A stretch of 64,000 nucleotides of DNA from Macrostomum lignano (GCA_002269645.1 NIVC01000350.1:596554-660553), one strand, 5' to 3'; shown: positions 12,421 to 26,180, counted from the stretch's first letter. A program made the numbers and translations. The notes: a model not told the origin generated them from the letters alone.

Positions 12421-14060
12421 AACAGTGTGAAATGTCACTCTCAACAGTGTGAAATGTCACTCTCAATAGTGTGAAATGTCACTCTCAACAGTGTGAAATG
12501 TCACTCTCAACAGTGTGAAATGTCACTCTCAACAGTGTGAAATGTCACTCTCAACAGTGTGAAATGTCACTCTCAACAGTGTGAAATGTCACTCTCAACA
12601 GTGTGAAATGTCACTCTCAACAGTGTGAAATGTCAGTGTCAACCTCAACAGTGTGAAATGTTACTCACTGGAGTGAAATGTCACTCTCAATAGTGTGAAA
12701 TGTCACTCTCAACAGTGTGAAATGTCACTCTCAACAGTGTGAAATGTCAGTGTCAACCTCAACAGTGTGAAATGTCACTCTCAATAGTGTGAAATGTCAC
12801 TCTCAACAGTGTGAAATGTCACTCTCAACAGTGTGAAATGTCAGTGTCAACCTCAACAGTGTGAAATGTCAGTGTCAACCTCAACAGTGTGAAATGTCAC
12901 TCTCAACAGTGTGAAATGTCACTCTCAACAGTGTGAAATGTCACTCTCAACAGTGTGAAATGTCACTCTCAACAGTGTGAAATGTCAATCTCAACAGTGT
13001 GAAATGTCACTCTTAACAGTGTGAAATGTCACTCTCAACAGTGTGAAATGTCAGTGTCAACCTCAACAGTGTGAAATGTCACTCTCAATAGTGTGAAATG
13101 TCACTCTCAACAGTGTGAAATGTCACTCTCAACAGTGTGAAATGTCAGTGTCAACCTCAACAGTGTGAAATGTCACTCTCAACAGTGTGAAATGTCACTC
13201 TCAACAGTGTGAAATGTCACTCTCAACAGTGTGAAATGTCACTCTCAACAGTGTGAAATGTCAATCTCAACAGTGTGAAATGTCACTCTTAACAGTGTGA
13301 AATGTCACTCTCAACAGTGTGAAATGTCACTCTCAACAGTGTGAAATGTCACTCTCAACAGTGTGAAATGTCACTCTCAACAGTGTGAAATGTCACTCTC
13401 AACAGTGTGAAATGTCACTCTCAACAGTGTGAAATGTCACTCTCAACAGTGTGAAATGTCACTCTCAACAGTGTGAAATGTCAGTGTCAACCTCAACAGT
13501 GTGAAATGTTACTCACTGGAGTGAAATGTCACTCTCAATAGTGTGAAATGTCACTCTCAACAGTGTGAAATGTCACTCTCAACAGTGTGAAATGTCACTC
13601 TCAACAGTGTGAAATGTCACTCTCAACAGTGTGAAATGTCAATCTCAACAGTGTGAAATGTCACTCTCAACAGTGTGAAATGTCACTCTCAACAGTGTGA
13701 AATGTCACTCTCAACAGTGTGAAATGTCACTCTCAACAGTGTGAAATGTCAATCTCAACAGTGTGAAATGTCAGTGTCAACCTCAACAGTGTGAAATGTT
13801 ACTTACTAAAGTGAAATGTCACTCTCAACAGTGTGAAATTTCACTCTCAACAGTGTGAAATGTCACTCTCAATAGTGTGAAATGTCATTCTCAACAGTGT
13901 GAAATGTCACTCTCAAAAGTGTGAAATGTTACTCAATGGAGTGAAATGTGGCTTTTAACAGTGTGAAATGTGACTCTTAAAAGTGTGAAATGTCACTCTT
14001 AACAGGGAAATCTGACTTTTAACAGGGAAATGTGGCTCTCAACGGTGTGAAAGGTCACTT
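12421..14060. repeat. 22-bp satellite AACAGTGTGAAATGTCACTCTC (about 70 units) with 28-bp and 42-bp variant units
   Basis: Direct tandem repeats; degenerates towards 14060. Confidence 0.97.
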
Positions 14061-14145
14061 AACAGATTGAAGTGTGAATCCGCATAAGCGTCATTAAATG
14101 AGTGACGGGGTCAGCAATGACTGGCAGTAGTTTTACTGTTAATTC

Positions 14146-14171
<26 letters not shown>
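14146..14171. repeat. (CT)n microsatellite immediately 3' of the SRF stop codon
   Basis: Seen directly. Confidence 0.9.
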
Positions 14172-14174
<3 letters not shown>

Positions 14175-14176
<2 letters not shown>

Positions 14177-17100
14177 ACGCGTTGCGATCGGCGGCCAAGG
14201 AGTTGGGCGCGGCGTCCTGATGGTTGGGTATCGAATTGACGGAGATGGGCAGGAAGATGACGCTGTCCGGGCCGCGGACGGGCACGTAGCCTAAGCTGAA
14301 CAGATTCGGCGAGTCCAGATTAAACTCGGTCGAAGTGAACGCCGACTGCGGTATCTGCAGGATCGGGGCGGAGCCGGGCGCCGGCGAGAATGTCGCGGAG
14401 GTTGGCGTGGCAGCAGAGCCGGCGGCCATGGCCAAATTGCTGAGATTGCTCAGGTCCAGCGAGGCTGGTATGTGGCTCTTCCGGTCTGATAGCGAGCTGC
14501 CGGCTGCGGCGGCAGCGGCGGCGGCGGCGCGACCGCCGGGCGACAGCAGGTCGCTGAGGCCCTGGTGGCTGAGCAATGGCAGAGGAATCTCGGGCTTCAC
14601 TGTGGTCACAGAGCTCACGGAGACTACTGGCATAGGGAATTCCGAGCTCTGCTGCTGATGCTGCTGCGGCGGCTGTCGCTGTGGATGCTGCTCGGGCTGC
14701 TGGTGATGATGAAGATGCTGATGATGAAGCTGCTGATGATGATGATGATGCTGCTGGTGATGCTGAGGCACAGAAGGCTGAGCTTGTTGCTGCTGTTGAG
14801 CCAGCGGATGTTGCGGGGGCGGCGGCGGTGGCTGCATGTGATGCTGAAGGTGCTGCTGCTGCTGCTGATGGTGCTGCACAGGCGAGACAGACGCCTGATC
14901 CTGCTGCTGAAATGGAAGCTGAGCCGGCGGCGGCGGCGGGGGCTCCGCTGGCATAGCAGCCGCGGGAGCACCGCTTCCGGCTCCGACAGGGGAAGCAGCC
15001 TCGCCCGGTGAGGGCATCATGCCGCCGCCGCTGCCTCCTCCGTCTAGCGACTTCTCCGAGCTGAGGCAGGCTTGGATCAGAGCCTTGCCATTGTTGGATT
15101 GCACCATGTTGTTCAGCTTCTCTGTAGTGTAGGTGTACACGTGGCCGGTCTCTGAGGCGACCAATAGGAGCACGTGGGCGCCTGCAGGGAATGCAGGAAA
15201 GTACAAGGATTTGAAACTATTATTGGCATTATGTAATGGTCGAATCGGGATTAGAATACCCGTGTTGAAAACGGTACCGCGACAAGAATCGCTAAAAAGT
15301 CGTTTTGTGATTTTTTAACGACTCAAACGCGTCTAATGCATTTAATAATCGTTAAAAGTTAATAAACTTTCTACTATTCGGTTGGGGAGAAAGTTCCCGC
15401 GGTTTCTAGAACTTTCTGTCAAACTGAGTTTTTTTAAACAAAAAGCCAATTAAGAAATAAAATAATCACCATCACAATCGATCACCTTCTGCCATTTTTC
15501 GGGCAGACTCATAATACCGTCACTGTAAAATTTCTCTGGCTTTGAAGTGAAAAAGTTGTTCAGCCAGTTATCGAGCTCTTCATCATCAGCAAAGGTTTTG
15601 TTGTTCAAGGCGTTGGCCAGAGACAAAAACAGGTGATAGTCGCTTGGTGCCAAGTCTGGTGAATACGGTGGATGGGGCACCAATTCCCAGCCAAGGTCCA
15701 GTAGCTTTTGGCGAGTCACCCTAGCAGTGTGTGGACGAGCGTTATCATGGAGGAATCGTACCGGGCCATGGTTCGGACGCTTCTGTGCGATGGCGGCGGC
15801 CAATCGGTCCAGCTGTTGGCAGTATAGGTCGGCCGTAATCGATGTGTTGGGTGGCAGCAGTTCGTAGTAGATGACGCCCTTGCAGTCCCACCACACGCAC
15901 AGCATGACCTTGCGTGGGTGGAGTCCGGCCTTTGGCTGCAGCTCAGGCGTCGCGTCAGCATCAACCCATAATCGTCGACGTTTGATGTTGACGTACAGGC
16001 ACCACTTTTCATCGCCCGTAACGATGGACTTCAGCCAGTTGTGCGTGCGCCTGTAGGAGAGGAGAGAAGTGGCCACCTCTGCCCTGCGCTCCTTGTCCCA
16101 ATCTGACAATTGGTGGGGTACCCATTGTGCCAGCTTGTACACTTTGCCCAGCTGATGCAAATGACTGGTGACCGTTTTATGGTCTACATCAAGGACTTGC
16201 GCTAACTCACGCGTGGTTTGCCGAGGGTCAGCCTCTACGAGTGTGCGCAGCCGGTCATCATCAACCTCGGAGGGACGACCTGACCGGGGCAAATCTTCGA
16301 GGTTAAAATTTCCCTGGCGAAACCGCGCAAACCAGTCCTGGGCAGTGCGTTCAGACACGGTACCCGCACCAAATGCAGCGTTGATGCGACGGCTGGATTC
16401 TGTGGCTGACAGTCCAGATTTGAAGTCGTAGAGCAGGAGACTACGAATATAGGCCCGAGAGAGATCCATAATGCTGGTGACTAGTGAGTACTCTCTTTGG
16501 TTTAAATAGCATGTTAGAATCACACACACCCACCCTCAATATATACCCACACAGCCGGGCTCTGGAATGTTCCAGAAAGTTCTTAGACAGAAAGTTCTAG
16601 AAACCGCGGGAACTTTCTCCCCAACCGAATAACTCAGTAGGCTAGTTAGAGTGCAATTAGAGTTCCATAGGCTATACCGAGTGTTTGTTGCGTAACTGTA
16701 ACTCTGACTCTGTAACGCGCCCAGAGCGTCTCAGAAGTGACGCAATAAAGCGCTTCTTTTGCGACTTTTTAGCGACTGGAGAACGCCGCTAAATCAAGCG
16801 ACGCAAATGCACTTTAAACCTGACTCTACAGCCCCAGAGTATAAGGCGACTTTTGGGCGACCTGAACTGTGACATTTCGTTGTTTTAAGACTCGTTAAGA
16901 CTCAATTCTTTCCCTTTTTACCTATGCCATTTGCAACGACTCTGGGAGGCTTCTTGGCCTAGGTACCATTTTTATGGGGATAATTCTTGAGATTTATTGC
17001 AGTTGGGATTGTCTCTGGAGAATTTTTTATTATCGATAAGTAGGGTTGATATTTATATTGTAAAAAAGATCAGTGTGACGCAGCTTTAGATTGCGCACCG

Positions 17101-17453
17101 GTTAGAGAGGCCAGCTCGTACGCCTTCTTCATCAGTCCAGTCTTACGCTTCGAAAACGTAGTAAAGCGCCTATTCTTATCCTGTATGAATTCAATTTTAA
17201 TTTTCTGCTTTCCGCGCGACTTCTTCTTCGGCGGCGGCTGGTCGGCGGCGCCGTCGATCCGCTGGTCGGGGCCGCTGGCGGGCAAGTAGGGCGACACCGA
17301 CCGGGATCTGTCCTCGCCACCAGACGGCGACGGGCCCGGCGTGAGGTCGTCGCAGCAGTCCTCGGGATTCTCGGCATGAAATCGCCAACAGTTTGAGAAG
17401 GGCTGGTCGCCGTGCTGAGCGCACAGTTCGTCGCTTGAACCGGTGGCTGACAT
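14175..17453 (-). CDS. SRF: Serum response factor-like type I MADS-box transcription factor, about 453 aa; exons 17453..17099 and 15181..14175
   Basis: Spliced MADS box RGKQKIKIEFIQDKNRRFTTFSKRKTGLMKKAYELASLTG|AHVLLLVASETGHVYTYTT followed by the SAM-like segment EKLNNMVQSNNGKALIQACLS. Phase-1 intron (G|GTGCGC ... CCCTGCAG|GC). The first true ATG is 17453; the ORF-track start at 17477 is TTG. Gln/His/Pro-rich C-terminus. Confidence 0.92.
15377..16629 (-). mobile_element. Full-length mariner transposon (1253 bp) inside the SRF intron
   Basis: Perfect 44-bp TIRs (TTCGGTTGGGGAGAAAGTTCCCGCGGTTTCTAGAACTTTCTGTC at 15377-15420, reverse complement at 16586-16629), flanked by TA on both sides, with an intact transposase. 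Confidence 0.97.
15450..16469 (-). CDS. Mariner transposase, 339 aa, D,D34D
   Basis: Motifs PRSGRP, WVPHQL, TGDEKW, HDNARPH and YSPDLAPSDYHLF, with 34 residues between the 2nd and 3rd catalytic Asp. No stops or frameshifts. ATG at 16469 (the 16529 start in the ORF track is GTG). Confidence 0.96.
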   Translation of the reverse strand: MDLSRAYIRSLLLYDFKSGLSATESSRRINAAFGAGTVSERTAQDWFARFRQGNFNLEDLPRSGRPSEVDDDRLRTLVEADPRQTTRELAQVLDVDHKTVTSHLHQLGKVYKLAQWVPHQLSDWDKERRAEVATSLLSYRRTHNWLKSIVTGDEKWCLYVNIKRRRLWVDADATPELQPKAGLHPRKVMLCVWWDCKGVIYYELLPPNTSITADLYCQQLDRLAAAIAQKRPNHGPVRFLHDNARPHTARVTRQKLLDLGWELVPHPPYSPDLAPSDYHLFLSLANALNNKTFADDEELDNWLNNFFTSKPEKFYSDGIMSLPEKWQKVIDCDGDYFIS

Positions 17454-17596
17454 GCTATTGTGCGGAGTCGGCTGCAATTACCAGCGGCTTAGTCTGATTA
17501 AATCAACTCAGCAGGTTAAAATGTGCACTGCCAATTATTAATGACTGTTTGTTAAGCGTAACCTGGGTTTTATTGTCATGATGACACACCAACTTT

Positions 17597-17891
17597 AACT
17601 GATTACACTTGCCCTAATGGCCAGATGTGCAACCGACAGCTCAGCCGCAGCTATTGGGCGGCGCATCTGAAGCCTGCGTACGGCTGTTCAGTCCAAGGAC
17701 TGGCGGGTCGCCACACACAGCCTTAATTACCCCAGCTAATGCTGATGCCCCATTTTACAGTTGGGTGAACTAAAGCAATGCAGAGTTAAGTGTCTTGATC
17801 AAGGACATAAATTGTTCCGAGTGGGACCAGGAAACGAACTCCCGACCTTCAAGTCGTGAGTCCGACACTTCTAACCACTAGGCTACAACCC
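17597..17891 (-). mobile_element. tRNA-derived SINE, second copy of the 9843 family
   Basis: The reverse complement aligns along the full length of 9843-10124 (e.g. TTGGACTGAACAGCCGTACGCAG, TTCAGATGCGCCGC, AATAGCTGCGGCTGAGCT). A/B boxes are partly degenerate. Confidence 0.85.
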
Positions 17892-18861
17892 TTAAACTGT
17901 TTTCCAAACTGGATGCTATTTAATTTAAGTTCCATTTCTCTGTCATTCATATTTCACTTGAAGTATATCATTTTATATTTATCGGGATTCTAAAAAAATT
18001 GAAGACTTGAAACTGATGATTTTAAACTGAATCAAATTTTAGTATTCTGTAAACATAAAGTCTGCATACTTCTCCATGTAGGGTAAAGATGCTGGTGTTT
18101 TAATTGATTTTAAGCTTTTTATGTAAGCTGGCATCTTGAGCTATCAATTTGGCCTCCTAAGTTTGAACTCAAAATTGAAAATGGCACAGCAATTGTCTTT
18201 TAAAAAACTCAAAGCATGTGACTGGTGGTTTTCTGTGTTGGAAATCCAATTGCCAATTGGCGAATGTCTCAGACCCAAGAACATAGTTAGTGGATTAGTG
18301 CCTCTGATATACAATGATGAATAAGGAAAGGATGAAGATGATAATATTATTGGTGTTGGTGGGTTGATAATGGCAACTGTAATAGTGCAGCTATTTTAGC
18401 TATTTAGAAAGGCTGTTTAAGGGATGCAAATAATACTATTGAAACTAGTTTACCTTAGCTAAAATGTTAGAATCAGAAATGAGATTCAGTGTTCCCTAGA
18501 TTGTGTATATTAAAGATGTAAAATAATGGGTGTGTGCCAAATATTTTCAAATCTGGAATAGTAAAATTAATTACTAATATGATTGCACAAAATATAAAGA
18601 TTAGTGTAAGAGCCATTCTATGGGTTGATGCACTATAGACTTATCAAATGGAAAAAATGCTAAATATTATATTTAGCATTTAGTATTCTAAATGAATGAT
18701 AGATTCTTAAAATGGCACTAAAGAACAGTTATTTTTTTCAAAAAAACCTAGGAAACTTCACTGAACTTTATGGTAACTAGCAGTCATTTCCATTATAAAT
18801 GTCATGGTTTTTTTATTTAAATGCAAGATGCTACTAGAGTTATACTAAGACTTTACTAGCA

Positions 18862-19970
18862 CCACTGCAGGCCTTCCTGCATCAACTGCCACACACAACC
18901 TCACTTGAACTGGCTCTCTTGAAGATGTTATTCTTCCTGAGCCAAGCTGCCCAAATGCCAGGCAAACTTAACTGCTTCCTCCACTATTAAAACAAAATTA
19001 ATAAAACTGACATTAACACAACAGAAATTAGTAAAAGTCAAACTTAACAACTTTTGCCACTCTTTTTACCATTTTCTAAATTAAAACTTTAATGTAAATT
19101 GGACAGTTGCATTCAAAATCAATATTTACTAATAATATTCATACTAAAACATGCATATGGCACTTATATACACTATCTTTTTAAAAGCACTAAGCAACAT
19201 AAGTATATTATAAACCATATTTATCCCTACATTTTTTTCAAAAATCATTTTGTTTTCAACAATCAATATATATATATTCTACAAAATCTGTGTAGTCTTG
19301 CCATTGCCATGACTTTACCACCTACCGTTTGCAATTTTCAAAAATAAATTGCATCATTATGTTGCTGCTAAAATTTAATTTGGACAGGGATAATATAGTG
19401 ACTGGCTATAAACTAGTTATTTAACAGCATTCACTAGCTTTCCTAAGGGCTTTGCATTCGGCTATACAGCAGCCTAGTCTATTTGATCTAGAGAAGGTTA
19501 CCCCATGCTAGACCTAAGTGTTTATTGCCTAATGACTCATAGCCACATACTATGATTTCCCTACCCACACTAAGGAGGCATAGCAGAATGATTTATCCCC
19601 TACCTTCATACACACATGGAATGCAAAGGCTGCCTATAGGGAGTAAACAAGATGCCTCATCCACTTAAATCTATTTTAGCATATAAAAGCATGACAAGAT
19701 TGCCTTATTTCAAAGTTGGCCTTGAGTCATGCCTATCTTGCATGACTCCAAGGTCCAAATAAGGAAGTTTAATGCACTTAGTTCATTAAACTTACATGAC
19801 TTTTGGGGGGTCCACTCAGCTAAAAATATGGAGCACTTATGAGCTGTTTTTCCCCAGATTGCATTTTTAGGCTTTGTCCAGAGCTGCTTCAAGAAGAGGT
19901 GCACTTCTTGGTAGCAAATAGAAATTAATAAATTGATAGAAATCAATGATACACTCAGCAGCTGTTACTA
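18862..19970 (+). mobile_element. Decayed 3' remnant of an LTR retrotransposon (end of extra ORF, PPT, LTR from 19394); same family as 42541-44780
   Basis: Residual frame 18862-18990 (PLQAFLHQLPHTTSLELALLKMLFFLSQAAQMPGKLNCFLHY*) is homologous to 43550-43687. AATTTAATTTGGACAGGGATAA|TATAGTGACTGG matches the PPT/LTR junction at 44106. LTR similarity runs to about 19866; the right end is approximate. Confidence 0.65.
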
Positions 19971-22484
19971 CTGCTGCAATTATAGATGCTATTACAATTA
20001 TTGAGCTCCTTACTATAGATGATGTATATGTTAACATTGAGCTATATACACAATCTGACCAAGTAAAGTGGCTTGTGCAATAAGCAAAGTGCAATGTCAG
20101 CTTGTACTCAATAGCTAGCTGTCATGAAAGTATATTGCAAATTATATCTATATAGTCTATCTATTCAACTATCAAATAGATTGGGCATGAGTCTTGGCTA
20201 GTGCCTTGTATGATAGGCCCCATAGTCAATGTCACAAGTTATAAAAACTCATTAAGTATATGTGAGCTTGGCCTTCATTTAAAAGTCATGTTGGAGTCTG
20301 GCAACAAGTTTTAATACCACCTAGATAAGGCTACAGTTTATGCCTTTATATACAACAATCTACAAGTGTTTGAGCTAGCCAGCCAAGTATTTTATTGACT
20401 GCTTGATTACACTTTGCATTAAGGTGGCACTGGTGTGTGTAACGGAAATAGTGCACATTTCTAGTTCATTCTTTTTAGTGATTCAATAATTTCATTCTAT
20501 TCTATTCTATTCATTCAATAATGAAGATATAGTACATTTCTAGTAGCCAGGCTAATGCTATGCTTGAGCTACATGCTAAGCTTTATTAGATGCTACTAGG
20601 AATTAAAATGCCAGTATATGATCAGCTGCTCAATTGGGTAACATGCCTACTTTACAAGTGCATCTTGGCCTTTTCTTCTTTGATTTCTATGGTAAAGCAT
20701 TGAAGAAATAAAATATCACCAAGGTTATTAACTGCCATATACATGCTCTTCTTGGCTCCTTATTTGTGGGCACTATGACCTAAATATAGATAGCAGCTAT
20801 GATAATATGAGTAAGAGTATTTAGGAACAAGATATAACATATTTATTCAGCACAAATTTTATTATATAGCTTTACACATAGTACACACTTAAAAAAATAG
20901 ACTAAAAAGTATTAGCATATACACATGACACCTTCCTAAGTAGGGATTGACCAACCATGAATTTTATGCATGATTGGAATTAGACTATATGTGAACTGTG
21001 TGACTATGAATTTTTTATAATATACATTTTAATTTAAATGCAGAAATATTAATATTAATACTATTAAGACTAATAATTTTTATTGATTTTTAAGCTTTGT
21101 TTTATCATGTTTATTGATTGACTATATCTTATTATCTGTTGCAATTTTGGTTTGCTTTGGTTATGCTATGATTTAAAAAATTAAGGTTTATTTCACAAAA
21201 TTTATTAATTGTGATTGGCAAAAAACTGTATACAACTTTTTTACTTGTGATCATATTTTTCGTGATTGTGACCATGATCATGGTCAATCCTTATTACTAA
21301 GTGTGGCTATAAGCTAGAGGGCCTATATTATAAAAAAGTTAACATAAAAGCAACTTATTCTTAGGATTAATTTTTTAAATAATAACATATATAGGACCTT
21401 AGAATAAATTAAAGCATATTGTTTAACAGCTAAGGAATAATATCTTGAATAAAATTTAAAAATATATCTGCTTCTAATTACAGAGTTATCAAACCATTAC
21501 AATGCAATCTTTCTATAATTCCCTTTGTGCCAATTGAAATATTCAGTTTCCTTGAATATTCAATTCAATAAACCTTGAATATTCAGTTAGACTAATAACT
21601 TTAATATAGGAATTAGTCCAAGGCTTTGCATCTTTAAGTGGATAGTATAAATGTAATTTAAAGTTGAAAATCATTTTGTTGGCAAACAAGAATATGTTGC
21701 TGCTATGAGAGCCAAGATCCTTACATAGCCAATGAACATAATATGACAATTTAGTGAATGCAGCATTGTCTAATGCTAAGACAATGACAATTTAGATAAT
21801 TTAGCTGTTTTTCTTATAACTTGCATTATGACAATCTTAAATATGACAACTTTGACCAGAGCCATATATGGTTGCCATGACCATGATATAGACTATGAGC
21901 TCTAGAAACTAATAGGCTAACTAAAATCATTAAAAACTTGGAAAAGTTTAGAAATGACTAAATGAGTTGATAAAATAGGTTATTATTATAAATAAATCTC
22001 TAAACTGCAAAGGTAAAATTGGTCCTAGGTCAATTCAATAACAAGACATTTTGGTGACAACTTGGGACATTTTTATGACAATATTGCTAGTCAATTTGGT
22101 AACAAGTGTTGATAAATATTCAAATATAGCTTTTACTAAACTTGAGTGAAATGAAAGTAATAAAGGAAATTTGCTATGCTCTTATATGTATATATAGTTG
22201 ACAATTACTTTGCAACATTGCTGCCTTTTTTACCTATGAATTTAGATAAACCACCCTGCAGGGATCTGAATTGATGTAAGGCCAGGATCAATTGAAACAT
22301 ACTTTTCAAGGTGTGTGAACTTTATAAAGAGTCAAAAATATTGAAAGCCATTGTAATTTGCTTTAAAGCAATATACTACATTTTAAAATTCAATAACTCA
22401 ATTGAAGCTTATAACTAGACAAAATAGAATCTGGTAAAGAAAACTCATTGTCAAGGTAACTATAATGGGTCTATGAAATTTGCT

Positions 22485-22785
22485 AGCAGGAAATCTGCTA
22501 GCCGAAGTTTGCTAGCAAGAAATTTGCTTGCTGAAATCTGCTAGCCGAAGTTTGCTAGCCGAAATGTGCTAGCCGGAATGTGCTAGCCAAAATGTGCTAG
22601 CCGAAATCTGCTAGCCAAAATCTGCTAGCCGAAATCTGCTAGCCGAAGTTTGCTAGCCGAAATGTGCTAGCCGAAATGTGCTAGCCAAAGTTGGCTAGCC
22701 AAAATGTGCTAGCCGAAATGTGCTAGCCAAAGTTTGCTAGCAGTAATTTTGCTAGCGAGGATTTTGCTAGCCGAAATCTGCTAGT
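22485..22785. repeat. 14-bp tandem array TGCTAGCCGAAAT(C/G), about 21 copies, probably internal to a non-autonomous DNA element
   Basis: Tandem units seen directly; element ends not identified. Confidence 0.85.
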
Positions 22786-23904
22786 GATAATCTAACCAAA
22801 ACCGGCAAACAGCAATTTACGAACTTGTAATTTGCTAGATTCATTTTTTCTTGTCCAATTTTGCAAGAAACTTTGCAGGACTTATCATGCAGGACAAATA
22901 AATTTGTGTTTTTCGCTCTAATGACTCTCTTCGCTCTAATGACTCTCTCAATCGTGTAAAATTTTGAGTTTCAAAGTTAATCCTGAGCGGTGCTATGCAC
23001 TTTTAAAGTTAGGCTGTTTTTTTCAGCATAGCAACAACCCCAACCTCCACCCGCCTGCCTCTCTTTCCCGATCTGGGCCCAGATGTGTAAAAGGGTTTCA
23101 AAATTGACTAACTTTCAACTGCCATAAGTTTGCTCTACGTAAAGTGATTGACTTCAAACTTGACACAATTCTTCATTGACTCATTCTCTGTCTAAATGTA
23201 AAGTTTCAACTCTGTAACTCATTCAGAACAGAAACTGTAATCATGTGAAGTTTGTCTGCTTTTTCTGTTGTTTGTGCCGCTCACTCATTCCCCCAGCCCA
23301 GACAAAGGGTCAGGCGATAGGGCTCAATGTACATAGCGAATGTACAGTGTTTTGGAATAACTTTTCAATAGCCTTCTCTGCACCCCCGCGAGTGGAGAGG
23401 CTACGTTTAGCAATGGCAGTTTAGTGAGAGATTCAAACTGCTGTCCTCTGTATGGACAAGTCTGTAGCAGTTTACAGTGGATGGCAAATCAAGGCGATGC
23501 GAGATGGTTTGTAAAAATAGCGAAAAATTAATGAATAACTGATTACAATGCAATCTTACTAAATTAGTTACACCATGAAACTTTTAACATTAAGATTCGC
23601 ATAAGGTACTTTAAAATTTAAATGGCCTCCTAAGAAATGCGTTTTTCCTTGGTTGTTAGACTGCTGCAGACTGTGGTGGTGGAGCTGGAGAATGGAGATA
23701 CACAAATTCCTCTCAGGGCTGCTAATTGGCCAGAAAGATGACGTGATTAAAGCATGATCGAGAAATGAAAACAACCATGATAGTACTACATCCCACAAAC
23801 TGGCTTTCGAAGAAGGGATCGGCAGATTTTTATCTCAAAGGCCAGATAAAGAATCCAGCTCATGGCTGCGGGCCAAATGAGAGTGAAAAGGAAAAGGAAT
23901 AGAC

Positions 23905-25170
<1,266 letters not shown>

Positions 25171-25404
25171 GGTCAGAGTTTGCCTGACATTCTGCGCACT
25201 GTGCGCAGCACCCTAGCCAACAATATCAATGCTTGCTTCAAATCCTAATTTTACACAAATGTACACTATTTTATGTTTAACTCCATCATCCTAACTATTA
25301 ACAAGTTTTTTTTTGAGTTTGACCTCAAATTTCAGAATACATGCAAAAATAATTCCGGGGAATGGAGTTCCCCGGGTTCAAAATCTGTGGGTTTCAACAG
25401 CTTG

Positions 25405-25407
25405 TAT

Positions 25408-25446
<39 letters not shown>

Positions 25447-25472
25447 TAGATGCATGTATATATATATATATG
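25405..25472. repeat. (AT)n microsatellite
   Basis: Seen directly. Confidence 0.85.
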
Positions 25473-25974
25473 CATTTTTACAGTTTTAGACAACTAACAG
25501 AAGCCATTTGAATTTATATTTATAGCTAATTGAATGATGCCTATTATTATTGCATTAAAAATTCTAATAGATCATATACATTAAAGAAGAAATAAAAAAA
25601 TTGATTAAAGATAAAAAAATTGAAACTATATTAGGCCTAGTTTCATAAAACTATCAAAACTACAAAAGCCAATATAGATACAAAGTGCACATTGCTTTAA
25701 GTTCATGCCATAAAACCCACTTAAACAAAATATTAATGATTTGATAGCATCTAAAACTTTTTATTTTAATAAGAAAATTAGTAAAAAAAGCTTTATTCAA
25801 ATAGGGGGGAGGCCTATTTACCAACAAAAAACAGTAAAATAAGGTCTAAAAAAGCTTGTCACTGAATTGACCAGTGGTGTCCCCAAAACATCCAGTGCCA
25901 TAGCCAGGAATTTCGATTGGGGGGGGGGGGGGTGGGTTGGCTTGGCTGGCCATGCCTTATGCCATTGCCACTTT

Positions 25975-26180
25975 TGGCACGACAAGCACTTATTTTGGCA
26001 CCATAGGCACTCATTTTGGCGCTGTAGCCATAGGTACTTGTTTTGGCATGTCGCAAGCATTTATTTTGGTGCCACAGGCACTTATTGTAGCACCGCAGGC
26101 ACTCATTTTAGCGTTGCAGGCACTCATTTTGGGGCCGCAGGCACTCATTTTGGCACCGTAGGCACTCATTTTAGCACTAC
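25975..26180. repeat. Degenerate 21-bp tandem array GGCACTCATTTTGGCACCG(C/T)A, likely inside a non-autonomous element
   Basis: About 9 degenerate units. CAGTGCCATAGCCAGGAATTT near 25893 resembles a MITE terminus, but no matching right end was found. Confidence 0.75.

Noticed and set aside
2437-14060. CRISPR-like appearance of regularly spaced repeats (19/16, 31, 47, 23 and 22-bp arrays)
   Set aside because: Units are head-to-tail with no unique spacers, the context is eukaryotic, and there are no cas genes.
14335-15011. Plus-strand ORFs over SRF exon 2
   Set aside because: Antisense shadows of CAG/CAT repeats.
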